Part shown: in pieces, positions 61,801 through 64,000 of the stretch
Position numbering within the stretch: position 1 is the first letter of the stretch
Layout of the letters: the number at the start of each line of letters is the position of its first letter
DNA from: Balanoglossus misakiensis
Lineage: Eukaryota > Animalia > Hemichordata
Reading direction: 5' to 3'
Assembly: GCA_040954595.2 (NCBI GenBank)
Contig: CM082592.2
Span: 372,001-436,000 of the forward strand
Length of the DNA stretch: 64,000 bases
The notes under the pieces: model-generated
Seen by the model: the letters and a program-made list of their open reading frames with translations, nothing else
Told to the model about the DNA's origin: nothing
Database searches by the model: none
Position numbers and translations under genes: made by a program

Positions 61801-64000
61801 TGTACGCCTGTTTCTGCTCTAGAGTGCCGGGGCTTCATCTGAGCCAGGCCGTAGGAAACCCGACGTGATTACCGTTGTTAACTTACGCCAGTCTGTGTCC
61901 TATATATAGTGCCTGGGCATCAGCCGTGCCAGGCCGAAGGAAATGTGAGTAGATCAACGTGGTCTCTGTACGCGTGTTTCTGCTCTAGAGTGCCAGGGCT
62001 TTAGCCAAGCCATGCCGTAGGAAATCTGACTTGATAAACGTTGCTAACGAACGCTAGTGTCTGTCATAGTGTGCCGGGGTTTTAGTCGAGCCAAGCCGTA
62101 GGAGATCAGACTTGATCAACGTGGTCTCTGTACGCGTGTTTCTGCTCTAGAGTGCCGGGGCTTTATCCGAGCTATGCCGTAGAAAATCTGACTTGATCAC
62201 CGTTGCTAACTTACGCTAGTGTCTGTCATATTGTGACGGAGATTTAGCCGAGCCAGGCCGTAGAAAAATCGACTTGTTCAACGTTACCAGTGTGCAACTG
62301 TTTCTGCTCTAGAGTGTCAGGGTTTTAGCCGACTTGTGCTGTAGGAAATCTGAGTTGATGAACGGGAATTCAATGTTAGAAAACCCGTGTGTAAAGTATC
62401 TCTACCCGTTTGAAACTAAGAAAAGAATTTATTCTTATTTATTTTGTAAAACAAGACAATTTTTCGAAAAAAAGTCGAAAATGGTAATTTTGTCTTGGGT
62501 GATTCAAATTATACCGCCTTTTCTGGAATTTGCAGCACTTTTTAGAAGAGAACGACACTTCATGCTCCATAATATTTCCGAAAATGAAGAAAAGAGTTAA
62601 TTTTTTATGATTTTTTAAAAAATTACCATTTTTGTCAAAATATGGCCAAAATGGCTATTTTTTCTTGAATTCCGTCAATATCTCTGCATTTTTGGAGTGG
62701 TCGAAACGTTTAACATACAATCAACATGTCATATATGATCGGGGCACCAAATTCGAAGAACAAAGGTTTTTTTATTTTTTTTTCTAAAAATGACATTTTC
62801 AAGGAAAATTTGGTAAAACGCAATTTTGTCTGCAGTGAGCCAAATTAGACGGTCTTTTGTGGAATTTGTATCGATATATACATACGAAGAGCATTCTATA
62901 CTCCATCAGATTTCCGAAAATGTAGAAAAGGGTATTTTTTGTAATTTTGAAAAATTTTCCATTTTGACCAAATTGTGGCTAAAATTGTTATTTTCGTGTT
63001 GAATGCCGCCAGTGTCACTGCTTTTAAAAGTCATAAAAACTTTTAATATACAAGCAATTGTTTATATATGATCAGGTCACCGAATTAAAAAAATAAAGAA
63101 TGTTTTGCCTAAAAATGACCTTTTTGGTGCAAAAACGAATAAAACGCAATTTTGTATTAAATCAGCTCATTCAGAGTGCATTTTTATAATCAGCACCATT
63201 TTTACATATAATGGAAATTTCATACATCATCAGATATACAAATATGAAAAGATGATTTAGATTTTAGATGATTGTCCAAAATTAGCTGATATCTGATAAA
63301 TGTAGTATTGAACCGTTCTGTTTCTCCCCCCCCCCCCCTACATTATATGCGGTACGCCGATGTCACCTTACCCGGCAGTACTGCAGGCCGTGCCCCCAAC
63401 TAACGTCGGTGTTTGAAGCGCCCTGGTTAAATTCGGGCTTTCTCTATAAATTAACAGGCAATAATGCAGTCCTACCCGAACAAATGTCGAGTGTTGACCC
63501 GCTGTGACTTTCCCTCTTCGGTTTGCCCGACTTAGCCAACGTCTTTGTACTAGAGGGTCGGGTCTTTTGCCGAGCCAGGCCGAAGGAAATCAGACTTGAT
63601 CACCGTTGCTAACGAACGCTAGTGTCTGTCATGGTGTGCCGGGGTTTTAGTCGAACCAGGCCGTAGGAAATCTGACTTGATCAACGTGGTCAATGTACGC
63701 CTGTTTCTGCTCTAGAGTGCAGGGGCTTCAGCTGATCCAGGCCGTAGGAAACCCGACGTGATTACCGTTGTTAACTTACGCCAGTCTGTGTCCTATATAT
63801 AGTGCGGGGCATCAGCCGTGCCAGGCCTAAGGAAATGTGAGTAGATCAATGTGGTCTCTGTACGCGTGTTTCTGCTCTAGAATGCCAGGGCTTTAGCCAA
63901 GCCATGCCGTAGGAAATCTGACTTGATCAACGTTGCTAACGAACGCTAGTGTCTGTCATAGTGTGCCGGGGTTTTAGTCGAGCCAAGCCGTAGGAGATCT

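Larger units (their letters stand above)
34691..64000 (+). repeat. Composite satellite array, ~15 units with length variants
   Basis: Poly-C landmarks at ~35706, 37914, 39957, 42003, 43644, 45696, 47745, 48063, 50112, 51672, 53235, 55286, 57170, 59223, 61272, 63327. Confidence 0.97.

Noticed and set aside
16614-62600. Recurrent 60-90 aa ORFs in the satellite (MESISTR..., MMNGNS..., MNRSV..., MSKYG...)
   Set aside because: Mostly non-ATG starts, frames change with homopolymer length between units, and no recognisable domains.
15085-64000. Array as 5S rDNA, snRNA or histone gene cluster
   Set aside because: No intact 5S (box C absent), no recognisable snRNA or tRNA, no histone ORFs.

Overview
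Eukaryotic (most likely animal) repeat-only DNA; no host protein gene or RNA gene is supported. About two thirds of the window is a tandem array of a ~2.05-kb composite satellite. Each unit has an AT-rich block of diverged ~165/330-bp repeats, a poly-C run, a ~200-bp unique segment and about 10.5 copies of an 81-bp repeat in alternating A/B (162-bp dimer) order. The array carries one intact BEL/Pao LTR retrotransposon (28188-34690, minus strand, 1874-aa gag-pol, 336-bp LTRs with unusual TA...CA ends, CAAAT TSD, tRNA-His-like PBS). Damaged copies of what appears to be the same insertion occur upstream. Two of them form a ~14-kb fold-back inverted duplication (788-15084), each arm holding a full-length Rex1/Babar-type LINE nested in gag, and satellite polarity flips across it. 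Also present: a decayed L1/Tx1-type LINE 3' fragment, a ~375-bp triple repeat ending in a candidate DNA-transposon terminus, and two copies of a 659-bp TSD-less hairpin element (Crypton-like). Coordinates and counts were read by eye; family calls rest on recalled motifs, not database searches.
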